Below are positions 1 through 9,087 of a stretch of DNA of 64,000 bases, piece after piece. Position 1 is the stretch's first letter. The number at the start of each line of letters is the position of its first letter. Made by a program: the position numbers and the translations under genes. The notes under the pieces were generated by a model. The model did no database searches and was not told the origin of the DNA. It saw nothing but the letters and a program-made list of their open reading frames with translations. The stretch is from an uncultured virus (IMG/VR IMGVR_UViG_3300027659_000012). Its lineage: Duplodnaviria > Heunggongvirae > Uroviricota > Caudoviricetes. The stretch lies in IMG/VR virus record IMGVR_UViG_3300027659_000012; one strand, given 5' to 3'.

Positions 1-104
1 CTCGAATCATCGGCGGTGCATCCTGTCATAAGGTTCGGCGCTTTAGGGCCATCATTGATGTTCGTCAAGAAATCAAAGAAGCTCAATGGTTTGGTGTCGC
101 TCAT
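1..104 (-). CDS. gp62: Clamp loader small subunit, N-terminal part (runs off window)
   Basis: Manual translation MSDTKPLSFFDFLTNINDG..., FDFLxxIN start typical of gp62; directly downstream of gp44. Confidence 0.7.
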   Translation of the reverse strand, partial: MSDTKPLSFFDFLTNINDGPKAPNLMTGCTADDS

Positions 105-108
105 CGTA

Positions 109-1050
109 TTATTTCCATTCGACGTTGCCCATCAGCTCGGTCAGACAAGCAACAAGGTTGAGTTCCTTATCGGCAACAAATGCCGATTTGTAAGAATAAT
201 CTGCCAAGATCAGGACCGCGCCTGGGATAGAGCCAGGATTCGCGATGTCATAGAGCGAATCATAGATCTTACGAAACATAACCGTTCCATCCAGAGCAGT
301 ATTGTTCGAGACCCAGGAACGCATGCTCTTGAAGTCTTTGGTCTTGAGGTACGAAACAACCTGAGCGATGTTCTGATCACTCATGCCGACCAGCGCGACC
401 GGATTGATCTGACCGCCCGAGCTGTGACGCTGACACTCATTGACAACACGTCTCCAATCAGGAGCATACTGGATAATGAGGTCAGCGATCACGCTCTCTT
501 TATATTCTACACCTTCACTCTTTAGAATGAACTGAAGACGCTTCATGAAATCACCTGCCAGAGAAGCCAATTGCTTCTTTGTTGTATTGAACTCGATCAC
601 CGCACAACGACTATGAAGCGGCTCGATGATACGGTTCTTGAAGTTGCAGGTGAGGATGAAGCGGCAATTGTTACTGAATTCCTCGATGAAACCGCGAAGC
701 GCGGGCTGAGTCGACTGAGCATTCATGTAATCAGCCTCGTCGAGGATGACTACGCGATAGCCGCCGGAGAGCGAGACACTCGAGGCAAACTGCTTGATCT
801 TGTTACGTAAGACATCAATTCCAGATTCCTCGGAACCGTTGATGAGCATATAATCAAGGTCAAGCATATTGCATAATGCCCGAGCGACAGTGGTCTTGCC
901 AAGACCGGCAGTGCCAGTCAAAAGCATATTGTGCATCTGACCGGTCTTGACGATCTCATTGAAGACTTTCTTCAATTCGGCCGGAAGGATGCAATCATCG
1001 ATGGTTTGTGGGCGGTATTTTTCGCACCAGAGGAATTCAGTAGAGTTCAT
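109..1050 (-). CDS. gp44: Sliding clamp loader AAA+ subunit (RFC-like)
   Basis: LWCEKYRP, Walker A GTAGLGKTT, DEAD, SRC motifs. Confidence 0.97.
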   Translation of the reverse strand: MNSTEFLWCEKYRPQTIDDCILPAELKKVFNEIVKTGQMHNMLLTGTAGLGKTTVARALCNMLDLDYMLINGSEESGIDVLRNKIKQFASSVSLSGGYRVVILDEADYMNAQSTQPALRGFIEEFSNNCRFILTCNFKNRIIEPLHSRCAVIEFNTTKKQLASLAGDFMKRLQFILKSEGVEYKESVIADLIIQYAPDWRRVVNECQRHSSGGQINPVALVGMSDQNIAQVVSYLKTKDFKSMRSWVSNNTALDGTVMFRKIYDSLYDIANPGSIPGAVLILADYSYKSAFVADKELNLVACLTELMGNVEWK

Positions 1051-1074
1051 AATATAGTTGGTTGAAGGAGTATC

Positions 1075-1335
1075 TTACAGTATAGTGATCTGATTGTAAA
1101 TGTTTTTTACGTCGGCCGTCTCACTTTCAAATTCGGCCATGGCTTGCTTATGGTACAGCTTCGAGACCTTGCGAAGCATCGGTTTTGGGATGTCAAAGGC
1201 GCTGGATGCCGCGGTCAGGATTTCGTTGACCTGTTCGCGAGCAACATCCATCTTTGACATTTGTTCCGAGATTTCTTTCATTACGCCGAGCATCGCTGCG
1301 CGTGCCTTATCATCTTTTAGTTCAGTGGTATCCAT
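1075..1335 (-). CDS. dsbA: T4 DsbA-like double-stranded DNA-binding protein
   Basis: 86 aa from MDTTELK; ...PKPMLRKVSKLYHKQ...E pattern resembles T4 DsbA; longer track ORF overlaps the neighbour. Confidence 0.65.
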   Translation of the reverse strand: MDTTELKDDKARAAMLGVMKEISEQMSKMDVAREQVNEILTAASSAFDIPKPMLRKVSKLYHKQAMAEFESETADVKNIYNQITIL

Positions 1336-1339
1336 AATT

Positions 1340-1666
1340 TTAATCGTTTTCTGAGAATTTCTTTTGATCGTCAAGTTTGATTTGACGAACCGTTTTTGTT
1401 GTGTGTGTAGGGGTGGTAGGTTTTTCTTTTTCCTCGGCAACAGAACCTAGGATCAATAAACCTATGAAGGCGGCAAAGATCCAAAATAAGACAGAATACA
1501 AGAACGTCATGATAGGACTTCTGGCATGACGGGCGATTGCCCGGGTGCCACGATATCCTTTAGGTGGATTCATGTATTTTACCCAGAGGATTACTCTTCC
1601 GGGAAATACGAATGCCTCATACAAGAGCGAACTTCTCTTCGAACCGTCTAATCGATCTTTAGCCAT
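1340..1666 (-). CDS. Hypothetical membrane protein
   Basis: Hydrophobic segment FLYSVLFWIFAAFIGLLILG. Confidence 0.55.
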   Translation of the reverse strand: MAKDRLDGSKRSSLLYEAFVFPGRVILWVKYMNPPKGYRGTRAIARHARSPIMTFLYSVLFWIFAAFIGLLILGSVAEEKEKPTTPTHTTKTVRQIKLDDQKKFSEND

Positions 1667-1682
1667 ATAAAAAATGAGTAAT

Positions 1683-1718
1683 AAGGTCGGGTCAACGTTT
1701 TAATTTTGACCCGACCTT
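1683..1718 (-). terminator. Stem-loop, probable terminator
   Basis: aaggtcgggtcaa / ttgacccgacctt perfect 13-bp inverted repeat between ORFs. Confidence 0.6.
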
Positions 1719-1732
1719 GTGCTTATTACCAA

Positions 1733-2026
1733 TCAACCTTCTGAGTCAAGGGTCAATTCAAGTTCTCCTTGAACCTCGCCTTCGGGAGATTGTTCTTCTT
1801 CGGTAGGAGGGCTATTTGCCTTGATGAAGGTTTCAAGGCGAGTAGCCAAATCACCGACGATAGTGAATTCCTTAGATTCGAAACCACCACGACGTGCGAC
1901 GGTCGCGATGATGTTTGACATAAGGATGAAATCACTCAAGGTGATCGGTTGTTCGCTGGTAACGGTTTCTTCTTGTTGTGTTTCTGTACTCATAGGGAAT
2001 TGTGTAATGTTAGTAGGAGATTGCAT
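1733..2026 (-). CDS. Hypothetical acidic protein (start may be 1993)
   Basis: ORF downstream of gp45 with IATVARRGGFESKEF...VG motif. Confidence 0.6.
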   Translation of the reverse strand: MQSPTNITQFPMSTETQQEETVTSEQPITLSDFILMSNIIATVARRGGFESKEFTIVGDLATRLETFIKANSPPTEEEQSPEGEVQGELELTLDSEG

Positions 2027-2031
2027 GGATA

Positions 2032-2706
2032 TTAGGCTTCGAAGGTAGAAGTCTTCTCGAGCGCGATGAAATATTCAACTGCGACGGATTGATTCTTCCA
2101 GTGACTGATGAGCTTCGAGGAGATTTCCACGACATAGTTGCCGGCAATAACCTTGAGGTTCGAGATGAGGAACTGAAGATCAAAGGATGCCTTCGATGCG
2201 TTGTTGTCATCGATCACGATGCTAAAGGAGTTAGCAGTAGGATTCTTCGGATCAAGCACAGCCAAGGAGATGACGCCGTCTTTGCCTGTGATGGAGACTA
2301 CGCTATGTCCAAGGGCACCACCTGCCTTACGAATTTTGTTGAGACTATCAGCAGTGACTTCGACGGTCACATCCGCATTGGGCATATTGATCTTCTTCGA
2401 AGGAGTCGTCAGGATGCTTTCATCTGCGAAGCGATACTTAACCTTGGATTTGCCAGAGGAAAGGACCACGCTGTCCTCAGAGAAGTCAAGATCTGGTTCA
2501 CCGACCAAGTCGATTGCCGAGAGAAAGCCAGTCAAATCATAGATTCCAAATTGCTGAGGAAAAGCCTCGGCGATGGTGGCGATAGCCATGATATTCTTTG
2601 CCTCGCTGATAGTCGAGAGGGGTTCACCGGGTTTCACAACCAGATTGGAATTGATGGTTGCAAAGTTCTTAAGGATGCTGAGTGTATCGGGCGATAGTGT
2701 TGTCAT
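2032..2706 (-). CDS. gp45: DNA polymerase sliding clamp
   Basis: LSPDTLSILKNFATINSNL, FGIYDL, YFIALE motifs. Confidence 0.96.
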   Translation of the reverse strand: MTTLSPDTLSILKNFATINSNLVVKPGEPLSTISEAKNIMAIATIAEAFPQQFGIYDLTGFLSAIDLVGEPDLDFSEDSVVLSSGKSKVKYRFADESILTTPSKKINMPNADVTVEVTADSLNKIRKAGGALGHSVVSITGKDGVISLAVLDPKNPTANSFSIVIDDNNASKASFDLQFLISNLKVIAGNYVVEISSKLISHWKNQSVAVEYFIALEKTSTFEA

Positions 2707-2715
2707 GATATGATT

Positions 2716-2745
2716 ATTATATATTGTTTTTGTGAGATTGTAAAC
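2716..2745 (-). promoter_or_regulatory. T4-like early promoter upstream of gp45
   Basis: GTTTAC-N18-TATAAT on - strand. Confidence 0.55.
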
Positions 2746-2753
2746 CTAATTCT

Positions 2754-3047
2754 TTAGTTTTTATTGGAGTCAAATTCGAAGTAGAACATCATGCAACAGA
2801 TCGCATGAGCAGCATGATGAAGGCCAGTTTCTGGATCATGAGATTCGCCCTTCAAGAGAGCCCACATGTGTCGCATGGCAGCCGAGAAGTAGCGTATCTT
2901 GCCATCCTCGACGATACGCCAATTGTCTCTGGCGTACTTAGCAGTTCCAAATGTGAGAACCTTCACCACTTCCTCGAGCGCGAAGGGAGGAACCAGACTA
3001 TAGTCAGGCTTCTCGTTATCAAATTTAAGTCCGATTGGTTTCTTCAT
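2754..3047 (-). CDS. dATP/dGTP diphosphohydrolase domain protein (DUF5664-like)
   Basis: KFDNEKPDYSLVP...VLTFGTAKYARDNW...AAMRH...DPETGLHHAAHA. Confidence 0.85.
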   Translation of the reverse strand: MKKPIGLKFDNEKPDYSLVPPFALEEVVKVLTFGTAKYARDNWRIVEDGKIRYFSAAMRHMWALLKGESHDPETGLHHAAHAICCMMFYFEFDSNKN

Positions 3048-3058
3048 AATAAAGGAAA

Positions 3059-3092
3059 GGAATGAGGCGAGAGCGAATCATCGCCTCATTCC
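3059..3092 (-). terminator. Rho-independent terminator
   Basis: ggaatgaggcga / tcgcctcattcc 12-bp stem followed by T-rich run on - strand. Confidence 0.65.
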
Positions 3093-3101
3093 AATTAATG
3101 C

Positions 3102-3383
3102 TTATCGGGCACTCTTCTTGCTCGAACGCTTTGCGACTGGCTTTTCGGCAGCCAACGAATAGACGGTACTAACGTTGCCGCTACGATCAGCGGTGCGAGC
3201 AGCCTCGATATCGGCGCCGATCGAACGCAGATGGTTGATCACGCGACGTGGATCACGGACACCGGCATTGCGGGCATCTTGGGCCGAGAACGTAACGCCG
3301 GAGAGGAGGAACGTCAGGAGCGCCTCGCGTTGGCTGGTGCGGTTGATCATGGAGGTCAGTTTTTGTGTCAGTTTCTTTGTCAT
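3102..3383 (-). CDS. Small winged-helix/HTH DNA-binding protein
   Basis: Basic 93 aa; PRRVINHLRSIG...VYSL pattern. Confidence 0.6.
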   Translation of the reverse strand: MTKKLTQKLTSMINRTSQREALLTFLLSGVTFSAQDARNAGVRDPRRVINHLRSIGADIEAARTADRSGNVSTVYSLAAEKPVAKRSSKKSAR

Positions 3384-3444
3384 ATGTGTGTTGTTTGTGT
3401 GTTGGTGGACTCAAAGAGGCGTGAGTCCTTTCGCCATGAGAGCA

Positions 3445-4590
3445 TTAGAATGGATACGGTTCGCTCGGTTCGCTCGGTTCGCTCGCGGTGAGAAGCGGAG
3501 CGACCTGCTTATCGGCATCGATCTTGGTATAGAGGTCTAAGAAAGCCGAGCGAGTATCGTCATCGAAGCGGGCGATGCACATCATGATGGACTTCATGCG
3601 ATCCTTGAAGATCGAGTGAGCCTTGACGATATGGCACAGACGACGAGTAGAGATGAGTTCATCGACACCTTCGGCTTCGTAGGTCTTGCGAATAACACCG
3701 GACCAAGCGATCAGCTTGTCGCAGAATTCAGTGTCATCCACCTCCAGTGCCTCCATGTGCTTAGAGACGATGGTGTGCTCGACAGAGGAGGATGGATATG
3801 GTTGGTCGATGGTGGCAACGAAACGCTCAATGAATGCCTCGTCGATGATGTTGGCAGCGCTGTAGCGACCGTCTTCGCTGCCACGACCCTTGGTGTTGGC
3901 AGTCGCGATCACATTGAAGCCAGGAGCAGGCGATACGACCTGACCAATCTTCTTGATGAGGACTGGCTTGCCCTCGAGAATGCCTTGAAGGCACATAATC
4001 TTGTTGGATCCGCGATCCAACTCGTCGATCAAGAGGATGCAGCCTTTCTCCATGGCCTTGATGACTGGTCCTTTGTGGAAGACAGTCTCGCCATTGACCA
4101 GACGAAAGCCGCCGATCAAGTCATCCTCATCCGTCTCGGGCGAGATTTGAACCCGAATGTATTCACGCTTGGCCTTAGCGCAGGCTTGCTCAACCATCAT
4201 GGTCTTGCCGTTGCCGCTCATGCCAGAGATGTAGAGTGGAAAGAACATGCGAGAATCAATGATCTTGCGCACGGACTTGTATTCGCCCCATTGGACGAAG
4301 GTGGAATCATTTGTTGGGATAAAAACGTCTTCGTTCATGAGGGATGCGATAGGCTGTTGAGGCGTCACCGTTTGAATAAGCTCGACCTTGGAGGCAGAGG
4401 AAGAGGCAGCAGTGCGAAGTGAATAGGCTCCACGACCAACCTTGTTGGAATCGTCAAGGAATTCTTTCTTGATCTGGTTGTAAGTCATGCCGTTTTGGCG
4501 GCCGATGTCATAGATCACCGAGGACTTGAATGAGGAAGTGTCGCCCGGAAGGGACATGAGGGCAGCGATAGTTGATTCAATATTTGTCAT
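3445..4590 (-). CDS. cobS: CobS/MoxR-like AAA+ ATPase
   Basis: GMSGNGKT, LLIDELD, ATANTKGRG, STRRL motifs. Confidence 0.9.
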   Translation of the reverse strand: MTNIESTIAALMSLPGDTSSFKSSVIYDIGRQNGMTYNQIKKEFLDDSNKVGRGAYSLRTAASSSASKVELIQTVTPQQPIASLMNEDVFIPTNDSTFVQWGEYKSVRKIIDSRMFFPLYISGMSGNGKTMMVEQACAKAKREYIRVQISPETDEDDLIGGFRLVNGETVFHKGPVIKAMEKGCILLIDELDRGSNKIMCLQGILEGKPVLIKKIGQVVSPAPGFNVIATANTKGRGSEDGRYSAANIIDEAFIERFVATIDQPYPSSSVEHTIVSKHMEALEVDDTEFCDKLIAWSGVIRKTYEAEGVDELISTRRLCHIVKAHSIFKDRMKSIMMCIARFDDDTRSAFLDLYTKIDADKQVAPLLTASEPSEPSEPYPF

Positions 4591-4619
4591 AATGTAGAGG
4601 AGAGGTTGCTTACGAGGTT

Positions 4620-4648
4620 ATTCTACCAAATTTGGAGAGTTTGTACAC
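4620..4648 (-). promoter_or_regulatory. Early promoter
   Basis: GTGTAC-N17-TAGAAT with TGG extended -10. Confidence 0.7.
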
Positions 4649-4676
4649 ACCTTTTTACATCAAAGGTGAATTATTT

Positions 4677-4862
4677 TTAGGCGCACAAATCGGCGACCAT
4701 GTTGTCAAGTTCTTTGAAGTTTTTCTCCATGGAGGCACGAACAGAATCTGCTTTGTCTTGGGCGCCAAAACTTTCAAGCTCGCGAATCGTTTGTTGCTGG
4801 CGTTCGATGTAGACGCGAAGCTCGATGATTTTTTTATTCCAGAAGATTTGATTTTCGTTCAT
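4677..4862 (-). CDS. Small hypothetical coiled-coil early protein
   Basis: 61 aa ORF with its own promoter and a leader shared with cobS. Confidence 0.65.
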   Translation of the reverse strand: MNENQIFWNKKIIELRVYIERQQQTIRELESFGAQDKADSVRASMEKNFKELDNMVADLCA

Positions 4863-4894
4863 AATATAGAGGAGGCAGGTTGCTTACAAGGGAG

Positions 4895-4923
4895 ATCTTA
4901 CCAAAAATGGGGCCAATGTACAC
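4895..4923 (-). promoter_or_regulatory. Early promoter
   Basis: GTGTAC-N17-TAAGAT with TGG extended -10. Confidence 0.65.
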
Positions 4924-4949
4924 ATCTTTTTACGTTGAAAGTGAAAAAG

Positions 4950-5006
4950 ATTTAGACTTCCCCCGTTACCAACGGGTTGTGTATTTAGACTTCCCCCGTT
5001 ACCAAC
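4950..5006. repeat. 24-bp direct repeat, two copies
   Basis: atttagacttcccccgttaccaac at 4950-4973 and 4983-5006. Confidence 0.85.
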
Positions 5007-5009
5007 CTC

Positions 5010-7289
5010 TTATGCAACCAGCTCGGCGAACTTGTTGAGGACGATGCGGCTCGTACGCTTGTCGGCGCTATATTTTGTGAATGCCTTGGCAAGCTTATTC
5101 TGGCCAGAGGTGCTCGTCATATCGACAGCTTCATCGATTTCAGGATCAAAGCTGTCATCATCGGCGACATCAAAATCACTGGCCGAGATGATGAAGTATT
5201 GGTCAAAGCAGAAACCGTTCTCAATGAGCAAGCACTTGTTCTTGCGAAGAAGTGGTGCCATAGCCGCGACCTTCTCAGCTGCAGGTGTCCATTCAAGGAT
5301 TTGAGGAATTTTGCTGTGGCGAATCGAGTTGATGGCCGAGCTTTTGAGTTGGCTTCTCGAGGAGGTGATGAAGAAACCGAGGGTCGTGCAACCCGTCGTG
5401 ATCTTGAGGTTTTCGATCAGGACCGCATAGTTGAAGGAAGGATTGCGATAAGACAGTTCGATCTGACGACCATTGAGTTTAACTCGAAGCAGCGCATGGC
5501 GATCCGATACGGTGTCCTTTACGAATGCCTCATTGGCGCGATCATCGCCCGTACGAGGGCCGCTGCCGTCTCCATCGGTCAAGAAGATGACATTCATCTT
5601 TTGAACCTGATGCTTCTTCTTGAAGCGATTGACTAGTTCATGAGCAATCATGATCGTCTCGTAAAGAGGTGTGCCGGCCATACGCTCATATGTGCTAGCG
5701 AATGGAAGGTAAGGCGAGCGAGCAAAGGTAGCATCGACTTCATGAAGGAACGACTGAGCTCTCAGTTCGCGGCAAGCAATCTCGTAATCTTTCTTGGACA
5801 TGGTCGAGTTGACCAGTTCAAAAACACTGGCGTGACTAACACTCAATTGGCGGCTGCTGACATTGGGTTCACGAACGAATCGATCAGGATTGGTGAAGCC
5901 ATAGACTTCGAATGGAATGCCAACTGCCTTGCAGAAGAAAACCAGATTGAGAGTATGAGTGATCACCTTGGAAATCTCCCAGCACATTGAGCTGGAATAG
6001 TCGATGAAGAAGATCATGCCGTGATTCTTGGCATCGGCCAGTTTGGTGACGCTCTTAAAGATCTGATCCTCAAACTTATAGGAGTGAAGGCGATTTACAT
6101 CGATGGAACCGGTAGTGGAACGCTGGGCTCGGCTGTATTGGAATGCAGCCTTACGACGCTCAAATTCTTTTACCAACAGATTGACGTGCGACTTGGTAGA
6201 CTTCTTAAAGTTCTTCCAATCCTCGGTGACGGTGAAGAGACTCATGTAGTGACTATAGTCGCGAGCATACAAACGTGATTCCATCACCTTCTTGACAGGA
6301 ATCACCGAGTCCATCATTTGCTGCTTGGAAGGGGCAGCAACTGGAATGTAGTCGGTGATGTTCTCTTGAAGATTTGACAGTTCGCTCTCGAGGTCGCGTA
6401 GGGTTTCGGAGGTGAGCTGCTCTATCAGCTCTTGGTTCATTGCCTCGGCACCCTTTTGGCCAATCGATTGGCCTTCTTGTTTGAAGGCATCTTCACTCTT
6501 TTCATCGGTCTCTTGCTCAGCGGCTTTACCGTCGTTACATTTATCGGAGTCAACCTGGTGTTCTTTGCCTTCCTTAGCGGATTCTTGTTTGCCTGAGGAA
6601 TCTTGGCTTTCACCACCTTCAGGCGAAGCATCATCAGGAGAAGGAACGACATCGCCTTGGCCTTCTTCTTCATTGTCATCATCTTCTTCAGCAGCATCTG
6701 GCTTGTTGGCTTGAACTTGCTCCTTGATCATCTCGAAGATGTCAGCACAAACTGCAATCACATCATCGATCGACTTGGTCTCGAGGCAACGCTGATAGAT
6801 GGCCTCCTCAGCATCATTCAATGCAACCTCAATGAGGCTGCCGATTTTGCCACGAAGGTTAAGGCGATTGATGAACGTCATGGCCGAGATGTCTTGGCCT
6901 TTGATCTTGAAAAAGTCGTTCTCGATAAAGTAGGAATATCCACCTTTGAAGGAGGAGATGAGACCAGGATATTGATCTTGCACCATCTTCTCGATGCGAA
7001 TGTCCTCGACGATGTTCAACACATCGAACGGGCAGTTTGGAAGCACTTGCTTGAAACGCTCGATGCCGTCGTGTGGTGTATAAAGAGCATGTCCAACTTC
7101 GTGGCCAACTAATAGGTCAGAGAGCTGTTTGTTGCTAACGTTCCAGGTCGGAAGGCCAAGGATTCGTTGCTTTACATCAAAGAACGCCGTATGATAATTG
7201 CCAATCTCGACGGTGATGTTCTCCTTGGCCAGGAGTTTGGCCAACATTCCTTGAGAGGCGGAGTTGACTAATGGAGTGGTTTCAAGCAT
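5010..7289 (-). CDS. CobT-like vWA/MIDAS protein with N-terminal HExxH metallopeptidase-like domain
   Basis: HEVGH, acidic linker, IDYSSSM (DxSxS), GTPL, FLTDG; upstream of cobS-like ATPase. Confidence 0.85.
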   Translation of the reverse strand: MLETTPLVNSASQGMLAKLLAKENITVEIGNYHTAFFDVKQRILGLPTWNVSNKQLSDLLVGHEVGHALYTPHDGIERFKQVLPNCPFDVLNIVEDIRIEKMVQDQYPGLISSFKGGYSYFIENDFFKIKGQDISAMTFINRLNLRGKIGSLIEVALNDAEEAIYQRCLETKSIDDVIAVCADIFEMIKEQVQANKPDAAEEDDDNEEEGQGDVVPSPDDASPEGGESQDSSGKQESAKEGKEHQVDSDKCNDGKAAEQETDEKSEDAFKQEGQSIGQKGAEAMNQELIEQLTSETLRDLESELSNLQENITDYIPVAAPSKQQMMDSVIPVKKVMESRLYARDYSHYMSLFTVTEDWKNFKKSTKSHVNLLVKEFERRKAAFQYSRAQRSTTGSIDVNRLHSYKFEDQIFKSVTKLADAKNHGMIFFIDYSSSMCWEISKVITHTLNLVFFCKAVGIPFEVYGFTNPDRFVREPNVSSRQLSVSHASVFELVNSTMSKKDYEIACRELRAQSFLHEVDATFARSPYLPFASTYERMAGTPLYETIMIAHELVNRFKKKHQVQKMNVIFLTDGDGSGPRTGDDRANEAFVKDTVSDRHALLRVKLNGRQIELSYRNPSFNYAVLIENLKITTGCTTLGFFITSSRSQLKSSAINSIRHSKIPQILEWTPAAEKVAAMAPLLRKNKCLLIENGFCFDQYFIISASDFDVADDDSFDPEIDEAVDMTSTSGQNKLAKAFTKYSADKRTSRIVLNKFAELVA

Positions 7290-7295
7290 GATAGG

Positions 7296-7325
7296 ATCCT
7301 ACCCTGTTCTGGGCAAAATGTACAT
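7296..7325 (-). promoter_or_regulatory. Early promoter, 6 nt from ATG
   Basis: TGTACA-N17-TAGGAT-cctatc-ATG. Confidence 0.55.
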
Positions 7326-7365
7326 GCCTTTTTTAATTATTTTTTCGCTATTAATAACCAATCGC

Positions 7366-9087
7366 TTATGCAGACTCCATCATCCTCGAGAAGTTCTTGA
7401 TCTTCTCAAACTCGATCTTTCGCTCAAATTTGCTCTCGAGAATATCCTGTTTGTGGCTGATCACGAAGACATTTGTCTCGGCATCGAGCGTATTGAGGAT
7501 TTTCATCAGGTTATCGATGCCATCCGCATCCAGAGATGCATCGAAGGTTTCATCGAGAATCATAAGGTTGGTGTTGGCCGAATTCTTCATCTTGGCCACT
7601 GCTCTCCAGGCAAACAGCAGACTCAGATCGATTTTTTGTTTTTCACCTTCTGAGAATGAACTGTAGCTAAAGTCATCCCTATGACGAGACTTGATCTGCT
7701 CATTGAAGCTCTCATCCAGATTGAACGAAACGAAGAAGTCAAAGATCTGAAGGTAATGATTGATGAGCTTGTTCATGACCGGCAAATATTGGCGAATGAT
7801 CTTGGTCTTGATGCCAGTATCCTTGAGAAGTTCGGCGATCACTTCATTATAGGTTCGGTCCTCGATCTGAGAGCTTTTCAGGTCGCTCAGTGTGTCCTTC
7901 TCTTCTCGCAGATTCTCGAGCAGCGTCATGGCAAAGGAGGTATCACTCTCTGTAGAGGATTGGCGCAGATACTTGTTAAGATCGGTGATGCGACTCTCGA
8001 GTTGAGCGATCATAACATTATTGACAGTGATTTCCTTCTGAAGGTCGCCGAGCTCATCATAGGCATCTGATGCTTCATTGTAGCTCTGCTGAGTCTCAGC
8101 CATCTTTGCCTTGAGCATGTCATAGCCTTCTTGAAGTTCGACGGCTTTCTCTTTACAACCATCAAGCTTATGCTGCTTCATGTCGCTCTCGAGCTTTTGC
8201 TGACACGTAGGACATTCATCGTTACCTTCATAGAATTTTGCCTCGGTGACTACTTTAGCAATATTGTCCTTAATCTGCTTCTCATAAGAGAGCAGCGAAG
8301 TGCGAGTGGATTCTGCCTTACTCAAGGTAAGTTTCACACCAGCGGCTCGATCGCTCCAAATCTCCTTGTTCGAGGCATTCGTCTCCTGAAGTTTCTCGAC
8401 GTTGGAGGTGAGAGTGTCGATCTCGTCGTTGTACTTGGCGGCATTATTTTCGTCGATCTGCTTGAGCGAATCGATATGCTTGCTCTGAATGATGATCTTT
8501 TCCTTGACCAAGACGAGATGGTTCTCGGTGTCCTTAATGGTATCCTTTAACTTGGCATTCCGCTCTTTCAGAGCCACGTTCATCTTGGTAAAGATATTGA
8601 TATCCAATAAGTCTTCAATCACTTCACGCCTATGATTGGCGCTCAGTTGCATGAATGGAATAAAGTTGCTCGAACCCAGCACCACAACCTGATGAAAGCT
8701 CTTATGATTGAGTTTGAGGATATTGGTCTCTAGTAATTTTTGATAATCCCGAGAATGGGATTCTTGATTGATCATCACTCCATTTTGCCAGATTTCAAAG
8801 ATGCCCGGTTTAATGCCTCTGATGATCTTGTACGCGATTGAGCCGATAGAGAATTCGACTGTGACCAGACAATTCTTACCATTGATGCTGTTGACCAGCT
8901 GAGGCTTATTGATGGTTCGATGCGGTTTACCAAACAAGGCAAAAGATAAGGCATCGAGCATCGTAGATTTACCGGCACCATTTGCTCCGACCACCAAAGT
9001 CGAGTTGCCAGGATTCAAATTCACGACGATCTCATTATCACCGCTACTTAAGAAATTTTTGTATGAAAGTTTAAGAAATGAAACCAT
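7366..9087 (-). CDS. gp46: Recombination endonuclease ATPase subunit (Rad50/SbcC-like)
   Basis: GANGAGKST, CPTC zinc hook, FSEGE signature, LDETFD. Confidence 0.97.
   Translation of the reverse strand: MVSFLKLSYKNFLSSGDNEIVVNLNPGNSTLVVGANGAGKSTMLDALSFALFGKPHRTINKPQLVNSINGKNCLVTVEFSIGSIAYKIIRGIKPGIFEIWQNGVMINQESHSRDYQKLLETNILKLNHKSFHQVVVLGSSNFIPFMQLSANHRREVIEDLLDINIFTKMNVALKERNAKLKDTIKDTENHLVLVKEKIIIQSKHIDSLKQIDENNAAKYNDEIDTLTSNVEKLQETNASNKEIWSDRAAGVKLTLSKAESTRTSLLSYEKQIKDNIAKVVTEAKFYEGNDECPTCQQKLESDMKQHKLDGCKEKAVELQEGYDMLKAKMAETQQSYNEASDAYDELGDLQKEITVNNVMIAQLESRITDLNKYLRQSSTESDTSFAMTLLENLREEKDTLSDLKSSQIEDRTYNEVIAELLKDTGIKTKIIRQYLPVMNKLINHYLQIFDFFVSFNLDESFNEQIKSRHRDDFSYSSFSEGEKQKIDLSLLFAWRAVAKMKNSANTNLMILDETFDASLDADGIDNLMKILNTLDAETNVFVISHKQDILESKFERKIEFEKIKNFSRMMESA

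Noticed and set aside
3400..3445. Structured ncRNA/riboswitch before the HTH gene
   Set aside because: Only a 7-bp hairpin (ggactca/tgagtcc); insufficient evidence
3458..3484. (ggttcgctc)x3 repeat
   Set aside because: Encodes a low-complexity SEP tail of the ATPase; no further signal
4950..5006. Mini CRISPR array
   Set aside because: Only two repeats with a 9-nt gap and no cas genes
16..8550. Long + strand ORFs (e.g. 2089-2697, 3616-4422)
   Set aside because: Antisense shadows of well-supported - strand genes with no recognisable motifs
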